Part shown: piece by piece, positions 63,905 to 64,000 of the stretch
How the letters are laid out: each line of letters begins with the position of its first letter
Numbering within the stretch: the first letter of the stretch is position 1
Source of the DNA: a virus
Direction: 5' to 3' (one strand)
Length of the DNA stretch: 64,000 nucleotides
IMG/VR virus record: IMGVR_UViG_3300031787_000093
Location: 3,714 to 67,713 of that record
The notes under the pieces: model-generated
The model's database searches: none
Seen by the model: the letters and a program-made list of their open reading frames with translations, nothing else
What the model was told of the DNA's origin: nothing
Made by a program: the position numbers and the translations under genes

Positions 63905-64000
63905 GTAGTTTGGACAAAGAATTTGTACTCTACCAAGAAGCATTAGCACTAAAAGAACTTGGGTTTGATGAGCCTTGTTTTGGGTATTGGTATACCGAGC
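63886..64000 (+). CDS. partial hypothetical protein (ALALKELGFDEPCFG type)
   Basis: MSNNKQSSLDKEFVLYQEALALKELGFDEPCFGYWY..., runs off the window end. Confidence 0.7.
   Translation, partial: MSNNKQSSLDKEFVLYQEALALKELGFDEPCFGYWYTE

Noticed and set aside
1-64000. Stop-codon reassignment as in some crAss-like phages
   Set aside because: The standard code gives intact full-length genes, including a 4160-aa ORF, at high coding density; no suppressor tRNA seen.

Overview
The window is most of a crAss-like (Crassvirales-related) podophage genome, probably infecting Bacteroidota, and reads in the standard genetic code. It has four parts. (1) 1-5064, + strand: replication genes (primase-helicase, family-B DNA polymerase, DnaA-domain-IV protein). 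(2) 5048-48969, - strand: one late module with portal, scaffold-like protein, major and auxiliary capsid, NinG-like nuclease, ring proteins, muzzle, ejection proteins, a 4160-aa polyvalent protein, YkuD-like lysin, tail fibre, a cluster of very basic small proteins, a u-spanin candidate and, at the far end, TerL. (3) 49030-52091, + strand: SSB and YqaJ recombination genes. (4) About 52100-64000, + strand: a non-coding block, possibly the genome end or origin, then about 28 small early genes. The most unusual signals are in the DNA of part 4: about 19 copies of a palindrome AACC-RAA-GGTT or close variants, found in non-coding DNA and all three reading frames; four long related intergenic hairpins; two DnaA boxes; a start-associated TAATCAAAGAAAAA motif; and a gene bounded by 25-bp direct repeats. 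Also notable are a roughly 270-nt structured RNA candidate upstream of the portal, host-type TAnnTTTG promoters only 3-6 nt from late start codons, and no recognisable crAss virion RNA polymerase motif. All family calls come from motif recognition by eye; no database searches were run.
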